From: a bacterium
GTDB taxonomy: Bacteria > Sysuimicrobiota > Sysuimicrobiia > Sysuimicrobiales > Segetimicrobiaceae
DNA: 64,000 nucleotides
NCBI GenBank assembly: GCA_035307765.1
Contig: DATGHU010000031.1
Span: forward strand, 1,345 to 65,344
Direction of reading: 5' to 3'
The notes beneath the pieces were generated by a model, which was not told the DNA's origin, searched no databases, and saw nothing but the letters and a program-made list of their open reading frames with translations. Made by a program: the position numbers and the translations under genes. Below, piece by piece: positions 1 to 8,832 of the stretch (positions are counted from its first letter, which is position 1; every line of letters starts with the position of its first letter).

Positions 1-51
1 GGCCTCATCCGACGCCCGCTCATCACCGTACACCAACAGCATGTATTTCAT
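1..51 (-). CDS. YciI-like (DGPF/YCII-related) protein, N-terminal fragment running off window start
   Basis: Reverse complement of 1-51 reads MKYMLLVYGDERASDEA, the same N-terminal motif as the YciI-like gene at 1333 (MKYVCLLYNAEE). GGGGG SD-like run upstream. Confidence 0.35.
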   Translation of the reverse strand, partial: MKYMLLVYGDERASDEA

Positions 52-91
52 CTTTTCGCCCCCTCTTCGTTGTCGGCGCCGACGCCGTATC

Positions 92-499
92 TTAGCGTCG
101 CAGCGGAAACAGTGTCCCCAGCTGGTGGTCACGCACGGTCAGCCCTCCCCAGACTAGCATGCCCACGTAGAACGGGAAAAGGGTCTCAGTGAAGAGTGGA
201 TGGCCGACGCGCAGCTGGGCGGCGAGTGCGCCTCCCAAATAGCCGGTCAGGACGACGGCGCCGAGAATCGAGGTGCGGGGGATCACATAAAGCACGACGC
301 AAGCGAGCTCCACTACTCCGATACCGGGTGCGAGGCTTACAGGATACCCTAGTTGATCGAATGCTTCCACAACCGGCGTCGGCCTCAGCAGGTGGATGGT
401 GCCATCGAAGAGGAGGAACAGCACGGCCAGCGCGCTGATGACTCCCCCGACCCTGATCCTCATCTTTGACGCCGAACCCGCTCGTGCATCTGATGGCAT
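92..499 (-). CDS. DoxX family membrane protein
   Basis: ORF 92..580(-). Hydrophobic product with DoxX-like helices (VISALAVLFLLFDG...YVGMLVWGGL). Start placed at internal Met (MPSDARAG) with GGGGAG upstream; 463 is an alternative start. Confidence 0.65.
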   Translation of the reverse strand: MPSDARAGSASKMRIRVGGVISALAVLFLLFDGTIHLLRPTPVVEAFDQLGYPVSLAPGIGVVELACVVLYVIPRTSILGAVVLTGYLGGALAAQLRVGHPLFTETLFPFYVGMLVWGGLTVRDHQLGTLFPLRR

Positions 500-648
500 G
501 GTCACGTCATCTCCCCTGGCTCTCTTCGAATTGCGCCCTCGGCTCCGGAGATTTCGCCGATGCATCGTGGGCGCCCGCACGGCACCCTGAGCATTCGATC
601 CCCTGGCGAACCTCGATCATTGCGTGGTGCCGCCACCACAACGCCCGC

Positions 649-1104
649 TCAATCGACTCGCCTTTCGATTTTCCTTGATTCATCAAGAAGTTGCCAACGG
701 CCGCAGGCGACGAACACTGCGAGGAGCCCCACCCCCAACGGGATCAGCGCAGGCCCCGCACCGGCAGTGGTCAACGTGTACACCGTCGCACCGACCATGA
801 CGATCGTCAGCCCGGCTCCCGCCAGCGGCGTCAGATCCGGCCGGATGTGCAGGATCCCGGGGAGGATTAGGCCGATCGCCCCAAGCACCTCGGCGACCCC
901 GATAAACCGCACGAACGGACCCGGCAGCGCGATCTGGCCGGTCAGCGCCTGGAGCGGGAGGGCCAACTTCATGCCACCAGCGAACAGAAAGATCAGAGCG
1001 AGCAGCCCTTGGACGGTCCACAGTGCGCGGGTCAGCATCGACCTCCTCCGCGCGGGCGCCTGCCGGCAGCGGGCATCGAAGAACAGGTAAGGTTGAGCTT
1101 GCAT
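649..1104 (-). CDS. DoxX family membrane protein (tandem paralog)
   Basis: ORF 649..1236(-). Start placed at MQAQPYLFF with GGAGGG SD 6 nt upstream. Four-helix DoxX-like topology, paralogous to 92..499. Confidence 0.65.
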   Translation of the reverse strand: MQAQPYLFFDARCRQAPARRRSMLTRALWTVQGLLALIFLFAGGMKLALPLQALTGQIALPGPFVRFIGVAEVLGAIGLILPGILHIRPDLTPLAGAGLTIVMVGATVYTLTTAGAGPALIPLGVGLLAVFVACGRWQLLDESRKIERRVD

Positions 1105-1332
1105 CGTCATCCCTCCTCGCTGGTTTTGGGTTCGAGTTCGGGCTTCCGGAAGACCTCGACCTGAGGGTGAGTTCCGGTTGGCCCTGCCTTCGCTGCATAG
1201 TCGAACGGTCGGGGTTGAAATCGACACGACCGGCACACAAAATCTCGGGTGAGAGCCCCGCCACCTTCGATTTTTGATCTCTCCGTACGACTATTGCATG
1301 CGTCCAGCTTTTCCGTCACCATGGGAGGAGTA

Positions 1333-1707
1333 ATGAAATACGTATGCTTGCTCTACAATGCGGAAGAAAAGTTGGGCACCATGGTCAAGGGCGACCGAGA
1401 GACCCTCGTGAGCGAGATCCTATCCTGTGTCGAGGAACTCAAGCAGCAGGGCCACTTTATAGCCTGCCAGGTCCTCCAAAGCGTTCGGTCGGCCACGAGC
1501 GTGCGGGTCAGGGGCGGCAGGGTGACCGCGACAGAGGGTCCCGTCATCGACGCCGACGAGCAGTTGGCCGGCTTCATTCTCATCGACGCTCGAGACCTGA
1601 ACGAGGCGATCCAGGTGGCGTCAAGAATGCCAGTGGCGCGCTTGGGAAGCATCGAGGTGCGGCCGGTCAGGGAATCCGACCGGAACGAGCGGTGGGCCCT
1701 CCCCTGA
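1333..1707 (+). CDS. YciI-like / DGPF domain protein
   Basis: MKYVCLLYNAEEKLGTMVKGDRETL... is a typical YCII-related N-terminus. GGGAGGA SD upstream. Stop overlaps downstream sigma factor start (ATGA). Confidence 0.75.
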   Translation: MKYVCLLYNAEEKLGTMVKGDRETLVSEILSCVEELKQQGHFIACQVLQSVRSATSVRVRGGRVTATEGPVIDADEQLAGFILIDARDLNEAIQVASRMPVARLGSIEVRPVRESDRNERWALP

Positions 1708-2960
1708 TGGGCGGCGACACAGCCGATCTGGCGCACCAGGCGATAGACGTCGTCTATCGGTCAGAATCGCGCCGCGTCCTGGCGACGCTGATCCGGTTGC
1801 TCGGCGACTTCGACCTCGCCGAGGAGGCACTTCACGATGCCTTTGTGGCGGCGACGGAACAATGGCCGCGGGACGGCGTACCCGCCAACCCGCGGGCATG
1901 GCTCGTGTCGACCGGGCGCTTCAAGGCCGTAGACGCGCTGCGCCGGCGAACTCGGTTCGATGCTTCCTTGCCGAAACTCGCCGAGCAACTGGACGCCGGC
2001 ACCGGGGATGTTTCCGGATGGACCGGCGAGGATCTCGAAGACGACCGGTTGCGTCTTATCTTCACCTGCTGTCACCCTGCCTTGCCGCCAGAGGCGCGGA
2101 TGGCGCTGACCCTGCGCGAGGTATGTGGACTTACGACCGAGGAGATTGGCCGTGCGTTCCTTACCGGCGCCGCCACGGTGGCCCAGCGCATTGTCCGCGC
2201 GAAGAGGAAGATCCGCGACGCGCGCATCCCCTATCGGATACCCTCACGAACGGATCTTCCCGGGCGGCTGGACAGCGTGCTCCGCGTCATCTATCTGGTG
2301 TTCACTGAGGGCTACGCCGCGTCATCGGGCGCCTCGCTGACGCGGCCCGACCTTTCGGGCGAAGCGATCCGCCTTGGACGGCTCCTCATGGAACTACTGC
2401 CGGAGCCGGAGGTGGTGGGACTTCTGGCGTTGATGGTGCTGCACGAATCGCGCCGGGAAGCGCGCACTTCACCGGAGGGCGAGTTGATTCTGCTGGACGC
2501 CCAGGACCGATCGCTCTGGAATCGGGATCAGATCGCGGAGGGGGTGGGACTCGTACAACGGGCGCTGGCGTCGCCCGGGTTCGGTCCCTACACACTCCAA
2601 GCGGCGATCGCGGCCGTGCATGCCGAGGCGGCCTCCACCGCAACAACGGACTGGGACCGAATCGTCGATCTGTACGATATCCTGGTAGGGGTAGATCCTT
2701 CCCCCGTGGTGGAACTGAACCGCGCCGTGGCGGTCGCGATGCGCGACGGCCCTTCGGCTGGGCTTGTGTTGATCGATGCCCTGCTGACGCGCGGTGATCT
2801 GGGCGACTACCATCTCGCGCACGCGGCACGGGCGGATTTGTGCCGGCGACTTGGGAGAACGGCGGAGGCCCGCGCCGCCTATGAACGCGCCCTCGGCTTC
2901 GCGCGGCAGGATCCGGAACGGCGGTTTCTCGAGCGGCGGCTTCTCGAGCTTCGGCACTGA
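1707..2960 (+). CDS. ECF-type RNA polymerase sigma-70 factor with long C-terminal repeat (TPR-like) extension (ECF42-like)
   Basis: In-frame ATG at 1707 inside ORF 1344..2960. Sigma-2 region (DVVYRSESRRVLATLIRLLGDFDLAEEALHDAF) and sigma-4 region (ALTLREVCGLTTEEIGRAF) are present. About 417 aa with C-terminal helical repeat domain. Coupled to the YciI-like gene. Confidence 0.8.
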   Translation: MGGDTADLAHQAIDVVYRSESRRVLATLIRLLGDFDLAEEALHDAFVAATEQWPRDGVPANPRAWLVSTGRFKAVDALRRRTRFDASLPKLAEQLDAGTGDVSGWTGEDLEDDRLRLIFTCCHPALPPEARMALTLREVCGLTTEEIGRAFLTGAATVAQRIVRAKRKIRDARIPYRIPSRTDLPGRLDSVLRVIYLVFTEGYAASSGASLTRPDLSGEAIRLGRLLMELLPEPEVVGLLALMVLHESRREARTSPEGELILLDAQDRSLWNRDQIAEGVGLVQRALASPGFGPYTLQAAIAAVHAEAASTATTDWDRIVDLYDILVGVDPSPVVELNRAVAVAMRDGPSAGLVLIDALLTRGDLGDYHLAHAARADLCRRLGRTAEARAAYERALGFARQDPERRFLERRLLELRH

Positions 2961-3461
2961 CTCGAAGGGCACCATCGTCGTCTTGTTCCGCCTTCGCCGG
3001 GCGCAGGACGAGTCCAGGCGGGTGACAGCGGGACTCGAAGTCGTGCCGCTCGTGTCGGCGGGAGATCCTCAGCGGGCCGAAGCCCTTCCGAGGATCCGGT
3101 GTGCGCCGCCGACCTACGCTGACGCCGAGTCGACAGAAGGGGCCCCCGGTAACGCCGCAGGCGCCTGCGGGGTGCGGTCCGCAGCCGGAGGACCCCTGTC
3201 CGTTTCGCCGAAGAGCTTGCGGGACCCCCGTAACCCACCGGAGCGGCCATGGCGTGACCGGGATTGGTGCTCGATCAGGTCGTTGGGGGGTGTTCGGTAG
3301 GGGTAGCGATTGCCCCGACGTCTTCCATACGGTCGACCGGGCTGTTGCGACGTTGAGGGCGTGACCGTCACCGCACCATTCTCTGGCGGGGGGATAAGTT
3401 GGGAAAGGATGCCCCACGGCAGAGACACCCTTTTCGCGGGGCCTGTCGATCTTGAGCCATC

Positions 3462-3790
3462 GTGTTCGACTATGTAGCGAAGGTGCCGTTCAATCCACGC
3501 TGTGCCCCCTTGAGGGGCAGGAAAGGGGTTCGGCTCGTGTATATCTCGGTGGTGACGCTATTCGTTAACGATGTCGATCGGGCGATTGATTTCTACACGA
3601 AGAAGCTCAATTGGGAAAAAACCATGGATGCCCCGATGGGCGATGGCACACATCAGCCAGGAGTTCGGCCAAGTGTATTGGGACATTCGGGTTGACCGCC
3701 GGCAACGCCCTGCGCTCTCCCCGGCCGTCCGGGACGTTGGGAGATCGAAGGACGTACCGACGGACTTCATCCGCCGGTCGCGATACTCTA
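3462..3790 (+). pseudogene. VOC/glyoxalase-family protein remnant (frame-disrupted)
   Basis: 3462..3695 encodes VYISVVTLFVNDVDRAIDFYTKKLNWEK..MDAPMGDG (glyoxalase-like N-terminal beta-alpha-beta) then stops prematurely. No single frame continues a full ~120 aa domain. Confidence 0.3.
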
Positions 3791-4028
3791 CCCGGGGAGA
3801 GGATGACTCGATGGCCGAGTGGAAAGTGCCCAGGGCAAGAAGATCGTCCCGCGCTGTCGATCCCGCACCTCGCCGAACGACGAAAGGGTAGGCGATGTAC
3901 GAACCCTGTGTGCGCGCGCAACGCCGGCATCGGCGCTGGCTGGGGCACCCCGGCGGGGTAGGGAGAGCACCAGCGGATGTCGCGAAGGTGCCGCCGAAGT
4001 CATCGTGGACTACGGAAAGGAGTGACGC

Positions 4029-5144
4029 ATGAGCAGGGTACGGGTACTGGTTGGCACGCGCAAAGGCGCTTTCGTTCTCACGTCCGATGGGAACCGCAAG
4101 ACATGGGACATTACGGGCCCCCACTTTGCGGGCTGGGAGATCTATCACCTCAAGGGGTCTCCCGTCGACCCGAATCGGATCTATGCGTCGCAGTCCAGCG
4201 GCTGGTTCGGACAGTTGATTCAGCGCTCCAATGACGGTGGCAAAACGTGGGAGCCGGTGGGAAACCAGTTCGCGTACGACGGCATTCCCGGCACGCACCA
4301 ATGGTACGATGGCACGCCGCATCCTTGGAAGTTCGCGCGAGTCTGGCATCTCGAGCCATCGCTGACCGATCCGGACACCATTTACGCCGGGGTTGAAGAC
4401 GCCGCGCTGTTCCGCTCGACCGACGGCGGGCAAACGTGGCAGGAACTCTCCGGATTGCGCGGTCACGGCTCAGGGGCCTCCTGGGCACCAGGCGCCGGCG
4501 GGATGTGCCTGCACACGATTGTTCTGGATCCGACCAATCCCAGCCGAATGTTCATCGCCATCTCAGCGGCGGGGGCGTTCCGGACCGACGACGCGGGCAA
4601 GACGTGGCGGCCGGTGAACCGCGGCTTGCAATCCGTCGGCATCCCCGATCCAAAGGCTGAGGTCGGCCATTGTGTTCATCGCATCGCCATGCACCGGTCG
4701 CGCCCCGGCGTGCTGTTCATGCAGAAGCACTGGGACGTCATGCGCAGCGACGACGCCGCCGAGTCGTGGCAAGAGGTCAGCGGGAACCTGCCAACCGACT
4801 TCGGCTTTCCGATCGACGTGCACGCGCACGAGCCGAACACCATCTACGTGGTTCCGATCAAAAGCGACTCTGAGCATTTCCCCCCCGACGGGAAACTGCG
4901 TGTATACCGCAGCCGAACGGGCGGAAACGAGTGGGAGGCCCTGACGAAAGGTCTGCCGCAGCGCGACTGCTATGTCAACGTGCTGCGTGAGGCCATGTCT
5001 ATTGACTCACTCGATTCGTGTGGGGTGTACTTCGGCACCAGCGGTGGGCAGGTGTACGCATCGGCCGACGCGGGGGACAGCTGGGCGCCAATCGTCCGAG
5101 ATCTTCCGGCCGTGCTGTCCGTGGAAGTCCAAACGGTGCCATGA
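4029..5144 (+). CDS. BNR/Asp-box repeat beta-propeller protein (sialidase/glycosyl-hydrolase-like, no signal peptide)
   Basis: Multiple Asp-box motifs ([36 protein letters not shown]). AAGGAG SD before ATG 4029. 371 aa. Confidence 0.75.
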   Translation: MSRVRVLVGTRKGAFVLTSDGNRKTWDITGPHFAGWEIYHLKGSPVDPNRIYASQSSGWFGQLIQRSNDGGKTWEPVGNQFAYDGIPGTHQWYDGTPHPWKFARVWHLEPSLTDPDTIYAGVEDAALFRSTDGGQTWQELSGLRGHGSGASWAPGAGGMCLHTIVLDPTNPSRMFIAISAAGAFRTDDAGKTWRPVNRGLQSVGIPDPKAEVGHCVHRIAMHRSRPGVLFMQKHWDVMRSDDAAESWQEVSGNLPTDFGFPIDVHAHEPNTIYVVPIKSDSEHFPPDGKLRVYRSRTGGNEWEALTKGLPQRDCYVNVLREAMSIDSLDSCGVYFGTSGGQVYASADAGDSWAPIVRDLPAVLSVEVQTVP

Positions 5145-5437
5145 TCCGAGTCGTGCTTCCCGCACATCTGCGGAAGCTCGCGAAAGTCGACGGGGAAGTG
5201 GCGCTCCACATCGAAGGTCAGGTGACCCAGCGCTCGGTGCTCGATGCGCTCGAGGCTCGCTATCCGATGTTGCGCGGGACGATCCGCGACCACGTCACGC
5301 ACGAGCGCCGAGCGTTCCTGAGGTTCTTTGCCTGCGCACGGGATCTGTCGCATGAACTTCCTGACGCCCCGCTGCCCGATGCGGTGGCGATGGGGGTCGA
5401 GCCTTTTCTGGTCGTCGGAGCCATGGCAGGGGGCTAG
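5141..5437 (+). CDS. MoaD/ThiS/CysO-like ubiquitin-fold sulfur-carrier-type protein ending in Gly-Gly
   Basis: ATG at 5141 overlaps stop of the BNR gene (ATGA). 98 aa, [20 protein letters not shown]...[11 protein letters not shown]-terminal diglycine and overall pattern resemble CysO/MoaD. Confidence 0.65.
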   Translation: MIRVVLPAHLRKLAKVDGEVALHIEGQVTQRSVLDALEARYPMLRGTIRDHVTHERRAFLRFFACARDLSHELPDAPLPDAVAMGVEPFLVVGAMAGG

Positions 5438-5542
5438 AGATCGGCAGAACGATGGGTGCCACGCGGCTGCGTGTTGACCCGCCGACCCGCTTGTTTGTGA
5501 AAAAGTGCTCTCGGTCCGCCCGGCGTCCAATGGCGGGGGCGG

Positions 5543-6046
5543 TCACCGCGCCCGCCCCTCCACGGCACGGGACTGCCTGATCGTCTCCCAGTACCGCTCC
5601 CAGGCCCCGCCGACTTCCTCTTCGCTGAGGCCGGTGTCGTAAGCGGGCGAGACGAGCGGTGCGGCGCGTTCGACGGTCATCACGACAACCGACCTGATCC
5701 GCTTGCCCAGATCGTGTACTGTACCGCGACGGGTGTCTCCCGATTGGTACCCGCTGATGATCTGATCGAACACCGGTCCGTCGGTGAGCACCTGCGCCGT
5801 GCCCTTGAATCGGTATCCTTTGCGTATCACCGGGTCCACGACATTGATTTCCATGGCCGGGTTGGTCCTGAGATTGGCCAGCGTGCCCGGGGATCGGATC
5901 TCCGCGAAGACGAGATGGTTATCATCCCAAACCGCGGTCGTGCCCTTCGGTGAGAGGTTGGGGGTGCCGTCCGGGCAGACGGTGGCGACGAACCCCAACC
6001 GCTGCTCGCGGACGACCCGCTTCATGTCCTCGGTGAGGATTCCCAT
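5543..6046 (-). CDS. pyridoxamine 5'-phosphate oxidase family (FMN/F420-binding split-barrel) protein
   Basis: MGILTEDMKRVVREQRLGFVATVCPDGTPNLSPKGT... is a PPOX-family signature. GGAGGT SD upstream of Met at 6046. Confidence 0.7.
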   Translation of the reverse strand: MGILTEDMKRVVREQRLGFVATVCPDGTPNLSPKGTTAVWDDNHLVFAEIRSPGTLANLRTNPAMEINVVDPVIRKGYRFKGTAQVLTDGPVFDQIISGYQSGDTRRGTVHDLGKRIRSVVVMTVERAAPLVSPAYDTGLSEEEVGGAWERYWETIRQSRAVEGRAR

Positions 6047-6186
6047 GGGCCCACCTCCTCGGTGCTGGTGTCCGTTCCTCATGATACTCCGATCACCTGT
6101 GGGAGCGCGAGGGCGGGGTGCGATAATAGGGGGAGACGACTTGGCCCATCGGCTGCGTGCGGCCGGGGGTCAGTGTGGAGGGGACA

Positions 6187-7206
6187 ATGACCAAACTGTA
6201 CATCGCTACCGGCGACGCGCTCGTCGTGGTGGCTCACCGAGGAGGGAAGTGGGAGGCGGAGCTTCAGATGGTGCGGTTGCCCACGCAGTGCGTCGCCGCG
6301 GACCCAGTGCGCGGGGAGAGAGTGTACTGCGGGACGTTCGGCCGGGGGTTGTGGGCGAGCTCCGATGGCGGAGGCTCCTGGCGGCCCGTCGGAGACGGGA
6401 TCGCCCACGCGGAAGTCATGGCGGTCGCGGTCAGCTCCCTCGAACGTGCCGGGGGGGACGGCGTGGTCTGGGCGGGAACCGAGCCGAGCGCTCTGTTCCG
6501 GTCAGAAGATGGGGGGCGGGTGTGGCGGGAGCGCCCCAGCCTCCGGGCGTTGCCATCGGCGGCCACCTGGAGCTTTCCCCCGCGTCCATGGACGCACCAC
6601 GTCCGCTGGATCTCCCCCGACCCGACGGTCGCGGGTCGGGTGTTTGTTGCGATCGAACTCGGGGGGGTGATGCGCAGCGTGGATAGCGGACTGACCTGGG
6701 AAGACCGGAAACCCGGTGCGCAACCCGACGCGCATACCCTCGCGACCCACCCCCGTGCCCCGGGGTTGATCTGTGAAGCCGCAGGCGGGGGGTACGCCGT
6801 GAGCCGGACGGGAGGAGCCGCGTGGGTCCCGGATGACGACGGGCTCGGATGCGGCTACCTCTGGGGGCTCGCCGTGGATTCCGGGAACCCGGATACGGCG
6901 GTGGTTTCCGCGGCGCCCGGCCCGCGCCAAGCCCACCACCCCGAACACGCTTACTCGACCGTCTATCGGAAGTCCGCCGGAGGGGCCTGGCAGGAGGTCT
7001 GCTTGGGGCTCCCCGAGCGGCGCGGCCGGCGGGTGGTGACCCTGGCCGCCCATGCCGCCGAGCCGGGGGTCTTCTATGCGGCGGTGCAGGAGGGCGCGCT
7101 CTACCGCTCGGAGGACGCGGGGGCGTCCTGGGGACGCCTCGACGTCACGTGGCCCGGCGATTATCGGTTCCACCAGGTACATGGCCTTGCCGTCGTGGCC
7201 GCGTGA
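6187..7206 (+). CDS. BNR/Asp-box repeat beta-propeller protein (paralog)
   Basis: Asp-box-like motifs SSDGGGSWRP, SEDGGRVWRE, SVDSGLTWED, SRTGGAAWVP, SEDAGASWGR. GGAGGGG SD before ATG 6187. Confidence 0.65.
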   Translation: MTKLYIATGDALVVVAHRGGKWEAELQMVRLPTQCVAADPVRGERVYCGTFGRGLWASSDGGGSWRPVGDGIAHAEVMAVAVSSLERAGGDGVVWAGTEPSALFRSEDGGRVWRERPSLRALPSAATWSFPPRPWTHHVRWISPDPTVAGRVFVAIELGGVMRSVDSGLTWEDRKPGAQPDAHTLATHPRAPGLICEAAGGGYAVSRTGGAAWVPDDDGLGCGYLWGLAVDSGNPDTAVVSAAPGPRQAHHPEHAYSTVYRKSAGGAWQEVCLGLPERRGRRVVTLAAHAAEPGVFYAAVQEGALYRSEDAGASWGRLDVTWPGDYRFHQVHGLAVVAA

Positions 7207-8341
7207 GCTCGCCGGGCTCGCGGAAGCGACGGAGGGCGAAGAGTTCGATCGGCTGTGCCGTTGTGCCCAGAAGGGCGAGATCGGCCAGCACCTCTCCAAC
7301 GACGCTGGCGAATTTAAATCCGTGTCCCGAGAACCCACAGGCGACGATGACGTTGTCGTGGGCCGGATGACGGTCGAGGATGAAGTGTAGGTCCGGCGTA
7401 TTGGTGTACATGCAGGTGGCGGTCGCGAGCAGCGCGCCCGGGGCGTCCGGCATCACCTTCGCCACGTGCTCCCGCATCCGCGCTTTTTCGTCTTCGCCGA
7501 CCTGGCGGCGGATCGTCTGCGGCGTCGTGACCTCGGCGAAGACGTGGTGAAACGCGACCTTGAGCCCCTGGCCATCGAGGTAGGGAAAGCCATAGGCGTA
7601 GTTCCCGTGGTCTTCCCACAGGTAGATCGGCAAACGCTTGAACTCCTCGACGTGCGCGCGGGGTTCAAACCAATATAGGACCGCGCGCGCTACCTCCAGC
7701 GGCACACCGAGATCTTTGATCGTTTGATCGGTCCAGGGCCCCGCGGTCATGACCAGGCGCCCGGCCTGGTACGTCCCCTGTGTGGTGCGAACGCTGACCC
7801 CGGTTGGACCGGCGCTCCAGGATAAGACGGTCTCGTCGAAATGCAGATCGGCCCCGCGGCGCTTGGCCAGGTCGACGTGCGTACGCACGACCTGCTCCGG
7901 GTTGAGGATCCCCGCCTCGTACTCGAGCAGCGCGACCTGGCCGGCCTCCGGCCGAAGCACCGGGTACCGAGCCCGGATCTCCTCGGCGGTTAGCATGGCG
8001 TGGGGAATGTTGTGCATTCGGGCGCTTCGGGCCGCGCCGACCACTCCCTCGGCGTCGGGCGCTCCGAGGTGAAGCGCCCCCGTCTTGGTGAGGAGGGTCG
8101 TCCCCGCCTCGCGCTCCAGCGCGTGCCAGAGGTCGTACGCACGGAACAGGAGCGGCACGTAGTCCGGGCTTTCGTAGTAAGCTTGGCGAATCACCCGGGT
8201 GCGCCCGTGTGATGAGCCACGATCATGGGCGATCCCGAACTGCTCGATGCCCAACACGCGAGCCCCGCGCCCGGCCAAGTGATACGCGGCGGCGCTCCCC
8301 ATTCCGCCGACACCCATCACGATAACGTCGTAGACCGCCAT
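7145..8341 (-). CDS. solA: FAD-dependent N-methyl-L-tryptophan oxidase / monomeric sarcosine oxidase family
   Basis: MAVYDVIVMGVGGMGSAAAYHLAGRG (GxGxxG dinucleotide fold). Length and conserved C-terminal region typical of MSOX/MTOX. AGGAG SD. 3' end overlaps convergent BNR gene. Confidence 0.8.
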   Translation of the reverse strand: MAVYDVIVMGVGGMGSAAAYHLAGRGARVLGIEQFGIAHDRGSSHGRTRVIRQAYYESPDYVPLLFRAYDLWHALEREAGTTLLTKTGALHLGAPDAEGVVGAARSARMHNIPHAMLTAEEIRARYPVLRPEAGQVALLEYEAGILNPEQVVRTHVDLAKRRGADLHFDETVLSWSAGPTGVSVRTTQGTYQAGRLVMTAGPWTDQTIKDLGVPLEVARAVLYWFEPRAHVEEFKRLPIYLWEDHGNYAYGFPYLDGQGLKVAFHHVFAEVTTPQTIRRQVGEDEKARMREHVAKVMPDAPGALLATATCMYTNTPDLHFILDRHPAHDNVIVACGFSGHGFKFASVVGEVLADLALLGTTAQPIELFALRRFREPGELTRPRRQGHVPGGTDNRRAT

Positions 8342-8427
8342 GCTGCTCCTTTCGACCGACCCGCCCAGAGGATTCGCGGTCAGTCAGCGAACGGCCCGCA
8401 AAGTGGAAGACCCAGGCCGCCGTCTGG

Positions 8428-8433
8428 TATACT
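8428..8433 (+). promoter_or_regulatory. putative extended -10 element (TGgTATACT) for the tRNA-Glu gene
   Basis: TGGTATACT lies about 14 nt upstream of the tRNA 5' end. -35 element is weak. Confidence 0.4.
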
Positions 8434-8446
8434 GCAGTGTGGGTGC

Positions 8447-8522
8447 GGCCCCATCGTCTAGAGGCCTAGGACGCGGCCCTCTCAAGGCCGAAACGGGGAT
8501 TCGAATTCCCCTGGGGCCACCA
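8447..8522 (+). tRNA. tRNA-Glu (anticodon CUC)
   Basis: 76 nt. Acceptor stem GGCCCCA/UGGGGCC plus A-CCA. D-arm UCGUCUAGAGGCCUAGGACG is typical of tRNA-Glu. Anticodon loop CUCUCAA has anticodon CTC. T-arm GGGGAUUCGAAUUCCCC. Confidence 0.85.
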
Positions 8523-8832
8523 CTTGAGATTCTGCCATATTTTATGCGGTTTTCCAAGTATAGGTCCAAGACATCCCTCCTCAGTACCGGTGCTTCGGAC
8601 CAGAGAGACGGTCACGGCCCGCCTGTCGGATCCGGACCCCGGTCACCTCTAATTTCTTGATCTTGGTCCTTCTTATTGGACCCACAGAGAGGGGTTTTTC
8701 ACCTCTATCCAGTATTCGGAGACTCACTCAACCCCACGGGCATTCCCGTCATCGCCCGCGCGCAAGCAGTTCTGCAGTCTGATTGCATCCGGGGAGGGAC
8801 TTCACGGTGCATCCTACTACGGGGAGCGCATA

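Noticed and set aside
2386-3417. 343-aa minus-strand ORF
   Set aside because: The product is almost entirely Arg/Pro/Gly/Ala with no hydrophobic core. It is antisense to the 3' end of the sigma factor gene and typical of a spurious high-GC ORF.
5438-5542. Possible bidirectional terminator between the convergent MoaD-like and PPOX genes
   Set aside because: Only imperfect GC stems (CCGCC...GGCGG) without a clear U-tract, which is insufficient to call.
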